From positions 24,367-88,366 of the forward strand of contig JBCBSU010000001.1 of NCBI GenBank assembly GCA_039818985.1: a DNA stretch of 64,000 bases, in the 5' to 3' direction. The position numbers and the translations under genes are program-made. The stretch comes from Pseudomonadota bacterium (GTDB taxonomy: Bacteria > Pseudomonadota > Alphaproteobacteria > Sphingomonadales > Sphingomonadaceae). The notes under the pieces are model-generated. The model saw only the letters and a program-made list of their open reading frames with translations. It had not been told where the DNA came from and made no database searches. Positions within the stretch are counted from its first letter, which is position 1; every line of letters starts with the position of its first letter. Of the stretch, positions 31,421 to 42,836 are shown piece after piece.

Positions 31421-32581
31421 ATGGTGAATGATATGTTGAAGCGATTGATTGACAGGCTGATGGGCCGCAAGCGTGTGCTCATCAATGAAGATGAACGGGC
31501 CGTCTGGCTCTATAAGGGTATGGTCAAGGGACTTATCGGACCGGGTGAGCACATGTTGCCGAACCGGGATGGTAGCCTGATGGTGGAACGGCAGGCGCTG
31601 GATCGCCAGCTGTTTGTCTCGGCCTATACCCAGGCTGTGCTTGACCGGCTGGAAGAGGATGTGGCGACACATCTGACCCAGGTCCGCACGAGCGAAAACG
31701 AGATAGCTGTCATCGAGCGCGACGGAATGATCAACACCATTCTCAAGCCGGATGGCAAGCTGGTTCTGTGGACCGATGCCGGTCCGTGGACGTCGCAGCT
31801 TATCGACATTGCCGATGAGCCGCGGGTCTCGGCCAGGTTGCTCAAGCGGCTGCAAAAGGCCGGCCAGATGCAGCAGGTGATGCTGGTAGAGGTTGACGAG
31901 GGCAAGACCGCGCTCGTTTCGATCGACGGCCAGCTGGCCGATACGCTGGCACCGGGCGTCTATGGTTACTGGACCCCGGGCCGCAAGGTCATCGCACGCC
32001 AGATCGATCTGGCGCGCCAGTCGCTCGATGTCGCGGGGCAGGAAATCCTGACCCGTGACCGGGTGACGCTGCGGGTCAACATTGCGGCGGAATACCGCGT
32101 TGTTGATCCGGTCAGGGCGGTGACCGAGGTGCGCGACTTTGCCGATGCGCTCTATCGCGGATTGCAGTACGCCTTCCGCAAGACGCTCGGCGCCATGACG
32201 CTCGACCAGATCCTGGAAAACAAGGTCTCGGTCGATGCCGAAGCGGCGGAAAAGGTGCGTGCCGACATGGCCGCCATCGGTATCGAGGTTTCGGAAATCT
32301 CGCTCAAGGATGTTATCCTGCCGGGCGAGATGCGCGAAATCCTGAACCAGGTGGTCGCCGCGCAGAAGGAGGCGGAAGCCAATGTCATCCGGCGTCGTGA
32401 AGAAACGAACGCAACCCGTTCGCTGCTCAACACGGCCAAGGTGATGGCGGACAACCCGGTCATGCTCCGTTTGAAGGAGCTGGAGTCGCTGGAAAGCATC
32501 GCGACCAAGGTGGACAAGCTGACGGTTACCAACGGTACCGCTGGCCTGATGAATGATCTGGTCAAGCTTTCCGACGACTGA
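31421..32581 (+). CDS. SPFH / band-7 (slipin/flotillin-like) domain protein
   Basis: SPFH core (...ILTRDRVTLRVNIAAEYRVVDPVRAV...) with a C-terminal coiled-coil. The 533-aa minus-strand ORF 30989..32590 is its antisense shadow. Confidence 0.8.
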   Translation: MVNDMLKRLIDRLMGRKRVLINEDERAVWLYKGMVKGLIGPGEHMLPNRDGSLMVERQALDRQLFVSAYTQAVLDRLEEDVATHLTQVRTSENEIAVIERDGMINTILKPDGKLVLWTDAGPWTSQLIDIADEPRVSARLLKRLQKAGQMQQVMLVEVDEGKTALVSIDGQLADTLAPGVYGYWTPGRKVIARQIDLARQSLDVAGQEILTRDRVTLRVNIAAEYRVVDPVRAVTEVRDFADALYRGLQYAFRKTLGAMTLDQILENKVSVDAEAAEKVRADMAAIGIEVSEISLKDVILPGEMREILNQVVAAQKEAEANVIRRREETNATRSLLNTAKVMADNPVMLRLKELESLESIATKVDKLTVTNGTAGLMNDLVKLSDD

Positions 32582-32597
32582 CCGGCCCAAACGGAAA

Positions 32598-32633
32598 CCC
32601 CGGCGCGCTGCAATAGCGCGCCGGGGTTTTTTG
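32598..32633 (+). terminator. Rho-independent terminator
   Basis: ccccggcgcgc-tgcaata-gcgcgccgggg followed by TTTTTT. Confidence 0.8.
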
Positions 32634-32693
32634 TCATGATCATGCCATAAAAGTGGTTATCTTGCAGCCGCAGATAGTTTTTTCGGGAAAGTC

Positions 32694-33578
32694 ATGTCCA
32701 TTACTGACACTGTAAAGCGAAGTCTTGCCATCACGCTGGCGCTTTCTATTACCACCCCCGCACTGGCCAAGCGCGAGCCGGTTGTGTTTGCGCCTACCGG
32801 CAAATGGGTGGTCAGCTATGATGAAGACGGCTGCAGCATGCTGCACAGCTATGCTGCGGGTGATGACAAGGCTGTCGTGATTTTCCGTCGTTACGCGCCG
32901 GGCAGTTCTTTCCTGCTAACCCTTGCGGGGGATCCGTTTCGGGCGAAAGGGCGGGCAAAATCCGCAACGCTGCGTTTTGGCCCCGATGAGGATGAGATTG
33001 ATCTGCTCTTTTTCTCGGGCAAGCTTGGCGACAATATTCCCGCCATGGTATTCAGCCAGAGCACGAACGGCCTTTCACAACCACCGGAAGCCGACGAGAC
33101 GTGGCCGGGAAAAGAGGCCATTCTCGCGAGACAGCGGGCGATACAGTCTCTGGAGGTCAGTAAAGCAGTGCGGCGCCCGGTCAGGTTCGAACTGGGTTCC
33201 ATGGAAAAGCCACTCGCGGCATTCGGCAAATGCATTGATGACCTGGTCTCGAACTGGGGCCTCGACCCGGAAACGCAGAAAAGCTTGACGCGTCGCCCCG
33301 AAGCCAAGCGAAGCCCGGCCAAATGGGACATAGAATATCCTGCTGACATGCTGCTTCAGGGGCAGCCGGCAATCGTCAATTTCCGGTTGATGATCGACAG
33401 TAGTGGCGCGGTGCAAAGCTGCCATATTCAGCGCACCACAAGGTTAAAGGAATTTGATGACGCCGTGTGCAAGTCGATCATGCGGCGCGCGACCTTCGAA
33501 CCTGCGCTGGATGCGACGGGACAGCCTGTCGCCAGCTATTATGTCAGCCGGGTGCGCTTCCAGATCGGCGATGGCTAA
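32694..33578 (+). CDS. Secreted protein with C-terminal TonB-C-like domain
   Basis: Signal peptide; C-terminal ~80 aa (…DIEYPADMLLQGQPAIVNFRLMIDSSGAVQSCHIQRTTRLKEFDDAVCKSIMRRATFEPALDATGQPVA…) resembles the TonB C-terminal fold. Confidence 0.6.
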   Translation: MSITDTVKRSLAITLALSITTPALAKREPVVFAPTGKWVVSYDEDGCSMLHSYAAGDDKAVVIFRRYAPGSSFLLTLAGDPFRAKGRAKSATLRFGPDEDEIDLLFFSGKLGDNIPAMVFSQSTNGLSQPPEADETWPGKEAILARQRAIQSLEVSKAVRRPVRFELGSMEKPLAAFGKCIDDLVSNWGLDPETQKSLTRRPEAKRSPAKWDIEYPADMLLQGQPAIVNFRLMIDSSGAVQSCHIQRTTRLKEFDDAVCKSIMRRATFEPALDATGQPVASYYVSRVRFQIGDG

Positions 33579-33733
33579 TTCTGCAGCATGGGGCTTTGCG
33601 CTTGCAGTCAATCGCGCCACAGGCTGCTAGCTGTGATGCCGATGCGGTGTTCGTCTGATGCTCGCGAGGGCGTGACGAATGAAATAAGCTGGCCCGGCTT
33701 GCCGGCGAGCGATCGGGCCGTTGCCGAGGTGAC

Positions 33734-33782
33734 AAAATGAGCCCCGGAGGCGTCAATGCTGCGCTTCCGGGGCTTGTATTTG
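33734..33782. terminator. Bidirectional terminator between the TonB-C gene and katG
   Basis: gccccggaggcg...cgcttccggggc hairpin, flanked by an A-run and a T-rich run. Confidence 0.6.
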
Positions 33783-33820
33783 CGACCTGAAGGGTCTTTT
33801 CGCGGCTCTTTCCTGGCCGT

Positions 33821-36076
33821 TTATTGCGCGTCGAAACGGTCGAGCATCATCACCTTGGTCCAGGCTTTGACAAAGTCATCGACAAACACCTGCTCGGCAT
33901 CGTCATAGGCATAGGTCTCGGCCACAGCGCGCAGTTCCGCATTGGAGCCGAACACCAGATCAACCTCGGTCGCGGTCCATCTGGCTGCACCGCTGGCGCG
34001 ATCAGTGCCTTCGTAAATGCCCTTGCTGGTTTCCGACGGTTTCCATTCGGTGGCCATGTCGAGCAGATTGACGAAAAAGTCATTGCTCAGGACGCCCGGG
34101 CGATCGGTGAAGACGCCGTGCTGTGATCCGCCGACATTGGCGTTAAGCGCGCGCAGACCGCCGACCAGTGCGGTCATTTCCGGCACCGTCAGCGTCAGCA
34201 TATCGGCCCGGTCGATCAGCATGTCGCTGGGGCTGAGGCGCGCGCGTTCGCTATAATAGTTGCGGAAGCCATCGGCAGCGGGGCGCAGCAATTCGAAAGA
34301 GTCCACATCCGTCTGTTCCTGACTGGCGTCGCCGCGACCCGGGGTGAACGGCACGGTGACGCTGTGGCCGGCAGCTTTTGCCGCATCCTCGATACCGACA
34401 GCACCGGCAAGCACGATCAGGTCGGCCATGCTGACCGTCTTGCCGTCAGCGTTGAAACCGGCCTGCACACGCTCCAGTGCGCCCAGTACGGTGCCGAGCT
34501 CATCCGGGTTGTTGACATCCCAGCCATTTTGCGGCGCCAGACGCAGGCGGCCACCATTGGCACCGCCACGATAATCGGTGTCGCGAAAGGTCACGGCTGC
34601 GGCCCAGGCCGCGCGGACCATTTCCGATGTGCCAAGGCCGGTGTCGCGGATGGCCTGTTTCAGCGCAGCAATATCCTCACCATTCAGCGCATCCGAGCGT
34701 TTTGCCGGTATCGGGTCCTGCCAGATCTGGCTGTCACCGGGCACCTCGGCACCGACATAGCGCGCTTTCGGTCCGAGATCGCGATGGGTCAGCTTGAACC
34801 AGGCACGGGCAAAGGCTGCATCCATGCTGCCGCGGTTTGCCAGGAAACGCCTGGTGATCTTGCCATATTCCGGGTCATAGCGCAGCGCCAGGTCGGTGGT
34901 CTGCATTACCGGGGGAACATATTTGTTCGGGTCATGCGCATCGGGTACGATCTTCAGATTTTCCGCGTCTTCCGGCACCCATTGTATCGCGCCACCGGGG
35001 CTGCGGGTCTGCACCCAGTCAAAAGCGTAGAGATTTTCGACATAATTGTTGCTCCACACCGCAGGCGACGACGTCCATGCGCCTTCCAGGCCGCTGGTCA
35101 CCGTGTCTTCGGCATTGCCTTTGCCGCAGCGGTTTTTCCAGCCAAAGCCCTGCTCTTCAACGCCTGCGGCTGCCGGTTCAGGGCCGTTGCATTCCGCACC
35201 CTTGTGCGCGCCATGCGCCTTGCCAAGCGTGTGGCCGCCGACGATCAGCGCGACGGTTTCCTCGTCGTTCATGCCCATGCGGCCAAAGGTGGTGCGGATA
35301 TCACCGGCGGCCCCGAGAATATCGGGATTGCCTTCCGGGCCTTCGGGATTGACGTAGATCAGGCCGATCTCCGAAGCGGCGAGCGGCTTTTCCAGTTCGC
35401 GGTCGCCCGAATAGCGTTTGTCGGAGCTCAGAAACTTGGTTTCCGCGCCCCAATAGACCAGCTCCGGTTGCCAGGCATCGGTGCGACCACCGGAAAAGCC
35501 ATAGGTTGTGAACCCGGCCTGCTCGAGCGCGACATTGCCGGACAGAACGATCAGGTCCGACCAGGACAGGTTCTTCCCGTATTTCTGTTTGACCGGCCAC
35601 AACAGGCGCCGGGCCTTGTCCAGATTGCCGTTGTCGGGCCAGCTGTTGAGCGGTTCAAAGCGGATCTGGCCGCCATCCGAACCGCCGCGACCGTCACCGG
35701 CGCGATAGGTGCCGGCGCTGTGCCAGGCGAGACGGATGAAAAGCCCACCATAGGTGCCGAAATCGGCGGGCCACCAATCCTGCGATGTGGTCAGAACCTC
35801 GGCAATATCGGCTTTGACAGCGTCAAGATCGAGCTGGGCAAAAGCCGCAGGATAGTCAAAATCTTCGCCTGCCGGGTCCGCAGTGTAGCGGTTTTTTCGC
35901 AGCTCGGACAAATCAACCTGGTCAGGCCACCAGAAGCTGTTCGGTCGGGCCTTGGCGGCTGACGGATGTTCGGTCGGGCGGTCGCCGCCAATAAAGCCGG
36001 GCGGGGTAGCATATGCGGTGCTGGCCAGGCTCAGCGCTGCGGTTGTTGCCAAAAGCGATTTCAGGGTATGGCGCAT
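33821..36076 (-). CDS. katG: Catalase-peroxidase KatG with N-terminal signal peptide
   Basis: [11 protein letters not shown] haem-peroxidase motif and duplicated peroxidase domains. The N-terminus [23 protein letters not shown] looks like a Sec signal peptide. Confidence 0.95.
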   Translation of the reverse strand: MRHTLKSLLATTAALSLASTAYATPPGFIGGDRPTEHPSAAKARPNSFWWPDQVDLSELRKNRYTADPAGEDFDYPAAFAQLDLDAVKADIAEVLTTSQDWWPADFGTYGGLFIRLAWHSAGTYRAGDGRGGSDGGQIRFEPLNSWPDNGNLDKARRLLWPVKQKYGKNLSWSDLIVLSGNVALEQAGFTTYGFSGGRTDAWQPELVYWGAETKFLSSDKRYSGDRELEKPLAASEIGLIYVNPEGPEGNPDILGAAGDIRTTFGRMGMNDEETVALIVGGHTLGKAHGAHKGAECNGPEPAAAGVEEQGFGWKNRCGKGNAEDTVTSGLEGAWTSSPAVWSNNYVENLYAFDWVQTRSPGGAIQWVPEDAENLKIVPDAHDPNKYVPPVMQTTDLALRYDPEYGKITRRFLANRGSMDAAFARAWFKLTHRDLGPKARYVGAEVPGDSQIWQDPIPAKRSDALNGEDIAALKQAIRDTGLGTSEMVRAAWAAAVTFRDTDYRGGANGGRLRLAPQNGWDVNNPDELGTVLGALERVQAGFNADGKTVSMADLIVLAGAVGIEDAAKAAGHSVTVPFTPGRGDASQEQTDVDSFELLRPAADGFRNYYSERARLSPSDMLIDRADMLTLTVPEMTALVGGLRALNANVGGSQHGVFTDRPGVLSNDFFVNLLDMATEWKPSETSKGIYEGTDRASGAARWTATEVDLVFGSNAELRAVAETYAYDDAEQVFVDDFVKAWTKVMMLDRFDAQ

Positions 36077-36210
36077 CGGGAATCCTCACATTGCTCGGTG
36101 ATCACAAAACGGTTCAGATGAGCGCACGTCAGGACCGCGAACCAATGCCGGAATCGGGCATTGTACGGGGCAGGCGCATCTGCAGGGCGAGGCCTAGCAG
36201 TGCGTTACAG

Positions 36211-36234
36211 ATTGAGAAAATGATAATTCTCAAT
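36211..36234. promoter_or_regulatory. AT-rich palindrome resembling a Fur/PerR box in the katG promoter region
   Basis: attgagaa-aatgataa-ttctcaat: perfect 8-bp inverted arms around aatgataa, about 135 bp upstream of the katG start. It stands out against the GC-rich background. Confidence 0.4.
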
Positions 36235-36288
36235 CACAATAAGTGATAGGACCGATAAGAAGGCCTGGGAGCCCACAGTAAAACCGGC

Positions 36289-36885
36289 TCAGATCTTGCC
36301 GTATTTCGCCTCGAATCCGGCGATGTCGTCCTTAGCCAGATATCTCGCCTGGTCGACCCAATTGTCCCGGGTGATGCGGCCCTTGAAATTGCCAAGATAG
36401 CCGTCGACTTCGGCGGTGTCGGCCTCGGTCCAGGCTGCAATCTGGTCATATCGGCTGACTCCAAGCGAGCCGAGCAGGGTGTTGAGTTTGGGACCGATGC
36501 CCTTGATCTTGCTGAGGTCATCAGGTTCGCCTGTGGCAGCGGCGATATTGGGCTTGCTGTTGTCGGTCGGTTCGGCTGCGGCAGGGGCCGGTGCCGGCAT
36601 TTGCGCGATCGGATTGGCCCTGGCGGCAGGCTGCTTGTCGATCCTCAGTTCATCGCGGGCCTGTTCCAGATCCTTGTTCAGCGCCACCGTCTCTTTGCGG
36701 TCGCGTGTCAGCACCGAGGCAACTTCCTCGGTCATATCCTCCAGCGCCTGATCGTCGCCATCCTCGAACGGGCGTGCTCCCCCCTCGGATATGTGGTCAC
36801 GGCCTGGACGTGAGACCAGCCACCAGATAAGGATGAGCACCAGCAATGCCGCTATGCCGATGACGATCCAGTTTTCCGTTGTCAT
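36289..36885 (-). CDS. Membrane-anchored protein with C-terminal helix-hairpin-helix-like motif, unknown function
   Basis: N-terminal TM (WIVIGIAALLVLILIWWLV), an acidic linker, and an HhH-like motif LSKIKGIGPKLNTLLGSLGV. Confidence 0.6.
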   Translation of the reverse strand: MTTENWIVIGIAALLVLILIWWLVSRPGRDHISEGGARPFEDGDDQALEDMTEEVASVLTRDRKETVALNKDLEQARDELRIDKQPAARANPIAQMPAPAPAAAEPTDNSKPNIAAATGEPDDLSKIKGIGPKLNTLLGSLGVSRYDQIAAWTEADTAEVDGYLGNFKGRITRDNWVDQARYLAKDDIAGFEAKYGKI

Positions 36886-37088
36886 ATCATGCCCTTCCTC
36901 AGCAGGTCAGGGCATATGCGCTTGGCGGGGCGGGCAAGTCAATGCCGCTCAGGCGGTTAATCCCTGTGCGGCTCAGGGACAGATAGGCACGGATATTCGA
37001 TTTAGTCGCTTGGCAACTGGCGGCTGTGTCATATAGGTAAAAGACAGCGCTGCCGGTTGCATATTCGCGATGTTGGCCAGTCAGCGCA

Positions 37089-38372
37089 TCAGTCGCTTTC
37101 CTGCCGTGCAATCTCGCGCCAGCCAATATCGCTGCGCCAGAAACCATCTGGGAAATCAATCAGGTCCACGGCATCATATGCCTCTTCCCGCGCCTGTGAC
37201 AGCGTTTCGCCTGTGGCGCAGACATTGAGCACTCGCCCGCCATTGGCGATCAGCTGGTCCTTGTCCAATGCGGTGCCCGCATGAAAGACTTTGGCACCAC
37301 GCGCCTCGGCATGATCAAGGTCATTGAGTGGCGCCGCTTTTTCCGGCTTGCCGGGATAGCCCTTGGCCGCCATGACGATGGTGATTGCGCTCTGAGAGCT
37401 GAATGCCGGTGCGGTGCAATCGGCCAGTCTGGCTTCGGCGGTGGCCAGCATCAATTCGGCGAGATCACTGTCCAGCCGCATCATCAGCACCTGACATTCC
37501 GGGTCGCCGAAGCGGCAATTATACTCGATCAGCTTGGGGCCATGGGCCGTCAGCATCAGCCCGGCATAGAGCACACCCGAATAGGGCGTGCCCCGTGCCG
37601 CCATGGTCTTGACCGTCGGGACGATGATCTTTTCCATCACCTCGACCTGCAGCGCAGCGTTGAGCACCGGTGCCGGGCTATAGGCGCCCATACCGCCGGT
37701 ATTGGGGCCGGTATCGCCATCGCCAACGCGCTTATGGTCCTGCGCTGTGCCCAACGGTACCACCGTCTCGCCATCGGTGAGCGCGAAAAAGCTGGCTTCC
37801 TCGCCATCGAGAAATTCCTCGATCACCACTTCGGCCCCGGCATTGCCAAAGCCCCCGGCAAACATATGGCCGATGGCATCAGCCGCTTCTTCAGCGGTGT
37901 GAGCGATGATCACCCCCTTGCCTGCGGCCAGTCCATCTGCCTTGATCACCACCGGCAGGCTGAATCGCTGCAGCGCCGCCCGGGCTTCGGCGATATGCGT
38001 GGCGCGGACATAGGCGGCGGTGGGGATATGCGCTTCATCGCATAACGCCTTGGTAAAGGCCTTTGATCCCTCCAGCTGTGCCGCCGCTGCAGATGGCCCG
38101 AAAACCGCAATATCGGCGCTGCGCAGCGAATCGGCCAGCCCATCGACCAGCGGCGCTTCGGGGCCGATCACCACCAGGCCGATGCCATTGTCGCGGCAGA
38201 AATCACCTATTGCCGCATGGTCAGCGACATTGAGAGCGACGCAATCGGCCAGTTCTGCCATGCCCGGATTGCCGGGCGCGGCATGGATTTTCTGCACCTG
38301 TGGAGATTGCGCCAATTTCCAGCACAAGGCATGTTCGCGCCCGCCGCCGCCGATAAGCAATATATCTATCAT
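37089..38372 (-). CDS. purD: Phosphoribosylamine--glycine ligase
   Basis: [16 protein letters not shown]... ATP-grasp GAR synthetase, full length. Confidence 0.95.
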   Translation of the reverse strand: MIDILLIGGGGREHALCWKLAQSPQVQKIHAAPGNPGMAELADCVALNVADHAAIGDFCRDNGIGLVVIGPEAPLVDGLADSLRSADIAVFGPSAAAAQLEGSKAFTKALCDEAHIPTAAYVRATHIAEARAALQRFSLPVVIKADGLAAGKGVIIAHTAEEAADAIGHMFAGGFGNAGAEVVIEEFLDGEEASFFALTDGETVVPLGTAQDHKRVGDGDTGPNTGGMGAYSPAPVLNAALQVEVMEKIIVPTVKTMAARGTPYSGVLYAGLMLTAHGPKLIEYNCRFGDPECQVLMMRLDSDLAELMLATAEARLADCTAPAFSSQSAITIVMAAKGYPGKPEKAAPLNDLDHAEARGAKVFHAGTALDKDQLIANGGRVLNVCATGETLSQAREEAYDAVDLIDFPDGFWRSDIGWREIARQESD

Positions 38373-38441
38373 GGGTCCGAACCCTAATCATTGTCAGGGC
38401 CAGCGGCAATGAACGGCGCGGGGCTTTTCCCCATCGGTCGA

Positions 38442-39047
38442 TCAATAATTGTCGCCGCGTATCAGCGAGACCGGCGATGCCTGACCGAAAGTGTTGACGC
38501 ACTGACCCCGTAAAAAGCCGCCATCGGGTGTCAACCGTGCCTGGCAATTGGCGACGCCATTTACGACCGGGGCCTGCCACTGCATGGTGCCGCCGACAAT
38601 GACTCCTTCGAGCGGGACGGCATTGGGCATGCTGAGTGGCAATATGACAAAATCACTGCCATCCTGCTCGATGGCGAAGCGTGTCCCCATGGTTTCGGCA
38701 ATCCACAGGCCGGAAAGATCGATTGCCAGATTTGTCGGCGGGGGTGGCAATTCGGCCAGCGGCAGCGCTTCGCCTTTGCCATAGATATTGCCCATATCTT
38801 CTTCGGGTGCTTCCGCCCCGGCATTGGATGCGTCAGTGCCTGTTCCTGGCTGTGGCTCTGTGCCGGGCTGATCGAGGCTGGAAGCGGGCGGCGCGACGGC
38901 TACGGTCTGGCTGCTATCGGCGTTGTTCGCGCTATCGTCCTTGCCGCCAAAGGCGCCGGTCTGGATCAGCGCGACTATGATGCCGCCGGCTGCGGTGATC
39001 AGCGCCGTGACGATCGCGATTTTGCTGCCATTTCCACCCTCAGCCAT
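38442..39047 (-). CDS. Membrane-anchored hypothetical protein
   Basis: N-terminal TM helix, a Pro/Gly/Thr-rich linker, and a C-terminal globular domain with two Cys. Confidence 0.55.
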   Translation of the reverse strand: MAEGGNGSKIAIVTALITAAGGIIVALIQTGAFGGKDDSANNADSSQTVAVAPPASSLDQPGTEPQPGTGTDASNAGAEAPEEDMGNIYGKGEALPLAELPPPPTNLAIDLSGLWIAETMGTRFAIEQDGSDFVILPLSMPNAVPLEGVIVGGTMQWQAPVVNGVANCQARLTPDGGFLRGQCVNTFGQASPVSLIRGDNY

Positions 39048-39119
39048 ATGTCTCGTCCCCTGATTATCCTGTCATCCCGCTTATTTGACCAATCGCCATG
39101 TTATACCTATCGGTCGCTT

Positions 39120-40571
39120 ATGACCATCCACCAAAACCAGCCCGGTGATAATGCGCCGCCGCTTACCATCAGCGAGATTTCCGCCGCGCTCAAGCGCACG
39201 GTTGAGGATCGCTTCGGCCATGTGCGGTTGCGGGGTGAGATTTCCGGCTTCAAACGTGCGGCATCGGGTCATGTTTATATGGCTCTGAAAGACGAAAAAG
39301 CGGTAATTGACGGCGTGATCTGGCGCGGCAATGCCGCGCGGCTGGGCTTTGCGCCGGAAGATGGTCTTGACGTTATCGCCACCGGCAAGGTCACCACCTA
39401 TGCCGGTCGGTCGAAATACCAGATCGTTATCGAGCGGCTCGAGCTGGCGGGCGAAGGCGCGCTGATGCAGCTGTTCGAGAAGCTGAAGGCGCGGCTGGGT
39501 GAAGAGGGCCTTTTCGCACCGGAGCGCAAAAAGCCGCTGCCGTTTCTGCCGCGCACCATCGGTGTGGTGACCTCGCCAACCGGCTCTGTGATCCGCGATA
39601 TATTGCATCGCCTCGCCGACCGCTTCCCCAGCCATGTGCTGGTCTGGCCGGTACTGGTACAGGGTGAGGGGGCGGCGGAGCAGATCGCCAGCGCGATCCG
39701 CGGTTTTTCGGATATGCCCGCCAATGGTGAGGTGCCAGGGCCCGATCTCGTCATTGTCGCGCGCGGCGGCGGTTCGATCGAGGATCTGTGGAGTTTCAAT
39801 GAGGAAGTGGTGGTCCGCGCCATCGCCGATTGCGCCATCCCGCTGATCAGCGCTGTCGGCCATGAAACCGATACGACATTGGCCGATTATGCCGCCGATC
39901 GTCGCGCACCGACGCCCACGGCTGCGGCCGAGATGGCGGTACCGGTGCGCGCTGAAATTGCGGCGCAACTGGACGAACTGGGCCTGCGTGCCGGACGTGC
40001 CGTGCGGCGGCAACAGGCATTGGCGGTCGAGCGGCTGGAGCAGCGGGTGCGGCTACTGCCGAAACGCGAAGCGCTGTTCGCTCCCGCCATGCAGCGGCTC
40101 GACGAACAGGGTGAGCGGCTGGGACGGGCGCTGGGTTTCAGCCATCAACGCGCCGGTGATGCGCTGCGCAACGTTTCCGGTCGACTGGATCCGCAACTCT
40201 TGTCGCGGCGTGCCGAAGCTGCAGTGCGCGATCTGGCGCGCCTGCCTTTGCGACCGGCCCTGGTCACCGCGCCGCATGGCCGTGCGGTCGAGCGCCTCGG
40301 TGCATTGGAGCGCCTGCTGGCGCAATGCCACCCCGATGCGCCGCTGCAGCGCGGCTATGCCAAGGTTACGGACATGACTGGTGCAATTGTGGATTCGGCA
40401 GCGGCGGCAAAGGCTGCCGGAGAGGTTGGCCTTCACTTTTCCGATGGTACAGTTGCAGCGTGGATTGAAGGGGCCGCCAAAGCAGAAAAAGCGTCACCTG
40501 TTGCCCCTGCCCCAAAGCCGGCCCGGCGCAAGCCAGCCGGGCAAAATGCGGATCAGCCGAAGCTGTTATAG
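39120..40571 (+). CDS. xseA: Exodeoxyribonuclease VII large subunit
   Basis: OB-fold N-terminus (…[20 protein letters not shown]…) and the ExoVII catalytic domain. Start at MTIHQ (39120). Confidence 0.9.
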   Translation: MTIHQNQPGDNAPPLTISEISAALKRTVEDRFGHVRLRGEISGFKRAASGHVYMALKDEKAVIDGVIWRGNAARLGFAPEDGLDVIATGKVTTYAGRSKYQIVIERLELAGEGALMQLFEKLKARLGEEGLFAPERKKPLPFLPRTIGVVTSPTGSVIRDILHRLADRFPSHVLVWPVLVQGEGAAEQIASAIRGFSDMPANGEVPGPDLVIVARGGGSIEDLWSFNEEVVVRAIADCAIPLISAVGHETDTTLADYAADRRAPTPTAAAEMAVPVRAEIAAQLDELGLRAGRAVRRQQALAVERLEQRVRLLPKREALFAPAMQRLDEQGERLGRALGFSHQRAGDALRNVSGRLDPQLLSRRAEAAVRDLARLPLRPALVTAPHGRAVERLGALERLLAQCHPDAPLQRGYAKVTDMTGAIVDSAAAAKAAGEVGLHFSDGTVAAWIEGAAKAEKASPVAPAPKPARRKPAGQNADQPKLL

Positions 40572-40648
40572 GCCCGGATCGCATCACGAGCGGTTTCCAA
40601 TCGGGCTTGTAAACGCTATAGTCAGGCCGAATATTGTAGGGATACAGC

Positions 40649-40858
40649 ATGTTGTTATCGAACAAGAACCGTATGGCCAAGCTGCATTATCTGCCCGGCA
40701 CCTTCCGCATCGTGTCTTCGGGCGATCATGTCGTATGCGCGGTATCGGGTGAGCGTATCGGCCTGGAAGATCTGCGTTATTGGAGCGTAGAGCGGCAGGA
40801 GCCCTATGCCACAGCCGAAATATCGGTGCAGCAGGCCCTGGCTGGAGCGGATCGCTGA
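40649..40858 (+). CDS. DUF2093-like small conserved protein
   Basis: 69 aa, MLLSNKNRMAKLHYLPGTFRIVSSGDHVVCAVSGERIGLEDLRYWSVERQEPY. A conserved alphaproteobacterial small protein often found next to xseA. Confidence 0.6.
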   Translation: MLLSNKNRMAKLHYLPGTFRIVSSGDHVVCAVSGERIGLEDLRYWSVERQEPYATAEISVQQALAGADR

Positions 40859-41778
40859 TGCCAGGGCGCAAATCGGCCATTGCCCTCGCCTGCGCAGCCT
40901 TGGCCATTGGCACCGCTTTTGCGGCGCCCGATGGTGATCCGCAGCGCCCTCAAAATACAACAGTAAATTCCCAGGCCATGGCCGATCGCGCGCTGGCAGC
41001 CGGCAAGGCACTGGTCCCGGTCGAAGAACTGATCATCGCCGATAATGCGATTCAGGGCGGGGTTTTGCTCGGAGAGATTCGGGGCGATATCGCTCAGTTG
41101 ATGCTCAATGGCGAGCCGCTCAAGATCGCCGAGGATGGGCGCTTCATGGTCGCCTTTAACCGGGATGCCGATTCCTCGGCGCTGCTTACCGCCCGATTTG
41201 CCTCCGGCGCGACCGAGAGCCAGCTTATCTCCGTGGCCAAACGCAAATGGAATATTGAGCGGGTCAACCTGCCCCGGCGCAAGCGCACCGCCAGCGCTTC
41301 ATGGCAGCGCCGCCGTGCACCCGAACTGGAAGCGATCGGTGCGGCGCGGGCCATGGACACCGGCGCCGAAGGCTGGCGGCAGGATTTTGCCTGGCCTGCA
41401 AAGGGCCGCATTTCCGGCATGTTCGGCAATCAGCGCATCTATGCCGGTACGCCGGGCGGCTATCATACCGGAATAGACATTGCCGCACCTACTGGCACGC
41501 CGATTGTGGCGCCTGCTGATGGCGTGGTTACGCTGGCTGCGGACAAACCCTTTTCGCTTGAGGGCAATCTGCTGATGCTCGACCATGGCATGGGCCTGAA
41601 CAGTGCCTTTCTGCACCTCTCCAAAATCGCGGTGAGGAAGGGCGATAGAGTTCGCAAAGGCCAATATATCGGCAATATCGGCGCCACCGGCAGCGCTACA
41701 GGCCCGCATCTCCACTGGAGCATCAAATGGGGTGCCGCGCGGCTCGACCCGATCTTGCTTACCGGGCCGATGTCCTAG
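40858..41778 (+). CDS. M23 (LytM) family metallopeptidase, secreted
   Basis: Signal peptide; HTGIDIAAPTGTPIVAPADGVV...HLHWSI M23 motifs. The start overlaps the DUF2093 stop. Confidence 0.85.
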   Translation: MPGRKSAIALACAALAIGTAFAAPDGDPQRPQNTTVNSQAMADRALAAGKALVPVEELIIADNAIQGGVLLGEIRGDIAQLMLNGEPLKIAEDGRFMVAFNRDADSSALLTARFASGATESQLISVAKRKWNIERVNLPRRKRTASASWQRRRAPELEAIGAARAMDTGAEGWRQDFAWPAKGRISGMFGNQRIYAGTPGGYHTGIDIAAPTGTPIVAPADGVVTLAADKPFSLEGNLLMLDHGMGLNSAFLHLSKIAVRKGDRVRKGQYIGNIGATGSATGPHLHWSIKWGAARLDPILLTGPMS

Positions 41779-41828
41779 CCGAAAAAAGCTCGAAACCCGT
41801 TGCCCCGGAGATGATTGGACCGGCGTGC

Positions 41829-42374
41829 TTAGTTAATGCGCCGCACCTTGAATGACTTTCCACCTTCTGGTGTGGCGACGAAAGCACCCAGCGCGCCGCG
41901 CTTTATCTCGACGGTATCATTGGTGCGCGGGCCTCTGCGATTCCGCCGCGATTCTGCCTGTATCCAGCGGGCGCCGGTATCGAGTGTCATGATCCAGCGA
42001 CCATCGCGCTGTTGCCGCACCGATTTTATCGTTGCCGTGATGCTTCTAACGCCCTCATCATCGGCATCGCCGAACAACGGGTTTTCGCTCAGGCTGAGAC
42101 CGAACAGCTCGCGCCGGGCTTTCTCGACATCCTTGCGCTCTGCGACAATCACCTCACCCGCATTCTGTGCCTGACTGAAGGATCGCACCTCGCGGTCATA
42201 ACAGGCCAGCCGTTCGCTATCATCCTCTATGTCGAGACAGGCATAGAGGCTGTTGGCAATGTCTGCGGTCTCGATTCTGTCGCGCTGTTGCGCCGGTGCT
42301 GCGGTGGCGAGGCTTGCAAGGCAAATGGCGGTAACGCTGAGGGTGACAGGCCTGATTGCGATTCGGCTGTACAT
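41829..42374 (-). CDS. Secreted hypothetical protein
   Basis: Signal peptide MYSRIAIRPVTLSVTAICLASLATAAPA. No recognised domain. Confidence 0.55.
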   Translation of the reverse strand: MYSRIAIRPVTLSVTAICLASLATAAPAQQRDRIETADIANSLYACLDIEDDSERLACYDREVRSFSQAQNAGEVIVAERKDVEKARRELFGLSLSENPLFGDADDEGVRSITATIKSVRQQRDGRWIMTLDTGARWIQAESRRNRRGPRTNDTVEIKRGALGAFVATPEGGKSFKVRRIN

Positions 42375-42836
42375 GATCTTCTCCCCGGGGAAATGGTGTC
42401 TGCACGGACATTAGCCATGTTGGATGCAGCAGGAAAGCGTGTTCCGCACCTGGGTCGGGCCGCCACTATCCGACAGCCGGAACCGGAGTCGCTATCATTG
42501 ATGCCTGGTCGTCCTGCCAGGCACAAAACAGGGTTGTCTGCCATTGCGGAAATGTTGGCCAGAATCGCGAAATCCGGGGTTTGAGACGTCAATATTGCCC
42601 GGCTGGCGATGTCTCCGAAACGAAATGTTGCAATTTTGTCTCACTGCTGCACGAAAGTGCCAGATCACGGGCAAGCGCGCTTTACAGCAGGCAGATGGCG
42701 CGGCAGATGTGTTTCCTGAGCAGTTAGTTGTGCGCTGGGTGTGTTTTTTGAAATAAATGCACAGCACCGCAAACTGCCTTGAATTTAGTAAGCTCTGTCA
42801 AAAAGAGCATGTGATCCAAAACCAAGGGGACATTAC

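Noticed and set aside
30989-32590. 533-aa minus-strand ORF covering the tRNA-like units and the SPFH gene
   Set aside because: Shadow ORF. It runs through tRNA-like sequence, and the plus-strand SPFH frame has a clear domain signature and a terminator.
34364-35962. 532-aa plus-strand ORF inside katG
   Set aside because: Antisense to an unambiguous KatG. Low-complexity Ala/Gly/Arg-rich translation.
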